Shown in pieces: positions 63,172 through 64,000 of a stretch of 64,000 bases of DNA (its first letter is position 1; each line of letters begins with the position of its first letter). The notes under the pieces are model-generated. The model had not been told where the DNA came from, searched no databases, and was given only the letters and a program-made list of their open reading frames with translations. This DNA is from Octopus vulgaris. Taxonomy: Eukaryota. The stretch covers positions 1,364,001 through 1,428,000 of the forward strand of contig OX597816.1 in assembly GCA_951406725.2 (NCBI GenBank). The letters run 5' to 3'. The position numbers and the translations under genes are program-made.

Positions 63172-63272
63172 TGAATCATAGCAGTTTGATTCAAATTCGT
63201 TGGTACTCTTGAGTTTTAAGCGTGATGCTAGTCGTCAGCCATTTTGAATTTGAATCAAACCGCTTTGATCCA
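63172..63272. mobile_element. Small MITE-like inverted repeat (~100 bp)
   Basis: tgaatcatagcagtttgattcaaattc / gaatttgaatcaaaccgctttgatcca. Confidence 0.6.
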
Positions 63273-63888
63273 TACATGTATCTCCCAATAAATTCGTTTG
63301 TTCAATTACTCGTGTGTATATATATATATACACATACATACTACGAACAACTAACAGCTAAAAGTTGTTTTACCTTACTGTGAGCTCAGAACTAAGTACC
63401 CAGCCATCCCTGGCGTCCTACAAGTTGTAATGCTGTAATTCTAATGAATCCTAGAACTAATCTGTCTGTCTGTCTCTCTCTCTCTCTCGCCACACACAAA
63501 CACACACACTCGCACACACATACACATGCATATAATAGGCAGAAAGCATAGAGGCCTTCTGAAAGGAACCAACCAAAGACAGCAGACGTGACAAGGTAAC
63601 ACTGTATAGAAAGCTCTTTTATTCCTCGATTGTATCATCGACACAACAACAAAAGCTATAATTTGTGAAAGAATCGCCAATTTTTTATGAGCAACGAATC
63701 AATGAAATGTGCTATGTTTTGATAGAAAACAACACAAAAACAAACTCACGAAACTGGAAACATATTTTAATTGTACTTTTACACTGTAAAGATTGGGGGT
63801 TTATGTTAAATATTCCTTACTGCAGATGACAAACAAAAGTATCATGTATGTATGTATGCAGGTGTGTGCGCATACACACACACACATA

Positions 63889-63982
<94 letters not shown>

Positions 63983-64000
63983 TATATATATATATTATAT

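Overview
AT-rich, repeat-saturated animal genomic DNA with long (TA)n, (CA)n, (TACA)n, (AAT)n and (GAT)n microsatellites. The SINE/LINE make-up looks like a coleoid cephalopod (Octopus-like); this is an inference. No intact host gene is recognisable, only two weak candidate minus-strand exons. The window holds decayed or truncated RTE-clade LINEs (with a PHD finger embedded in the RT), CR1-group LINEs, a Tx1/L1-like LINE, a Penelope-like element (GIY-YIG), several Tc1/mariner copies, hAT/piggyBac/mariner MITEs and at least three tRNA-derived SINE families. Most notable: (i) minimal type-I hammerhead ribozyme (HHR) motifs in three different short repeat families, including a tandem pair with a non-canonical CUGUUGA core at the Penelope 3' end and a family in which a tRNA-derived Pol III head is fused to an HHR-bearing unit (candidate Penelope-mobilised SINE/retrozyme); (ii) an intron-containing tRNA-Lys(UUU) remnant joined to the 5' end of a LINE; (iii) a 775-bp near-perfect palindromic element and other long hairpins. 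Most short ORFs in the track are microsatellite or antisense artefacts.
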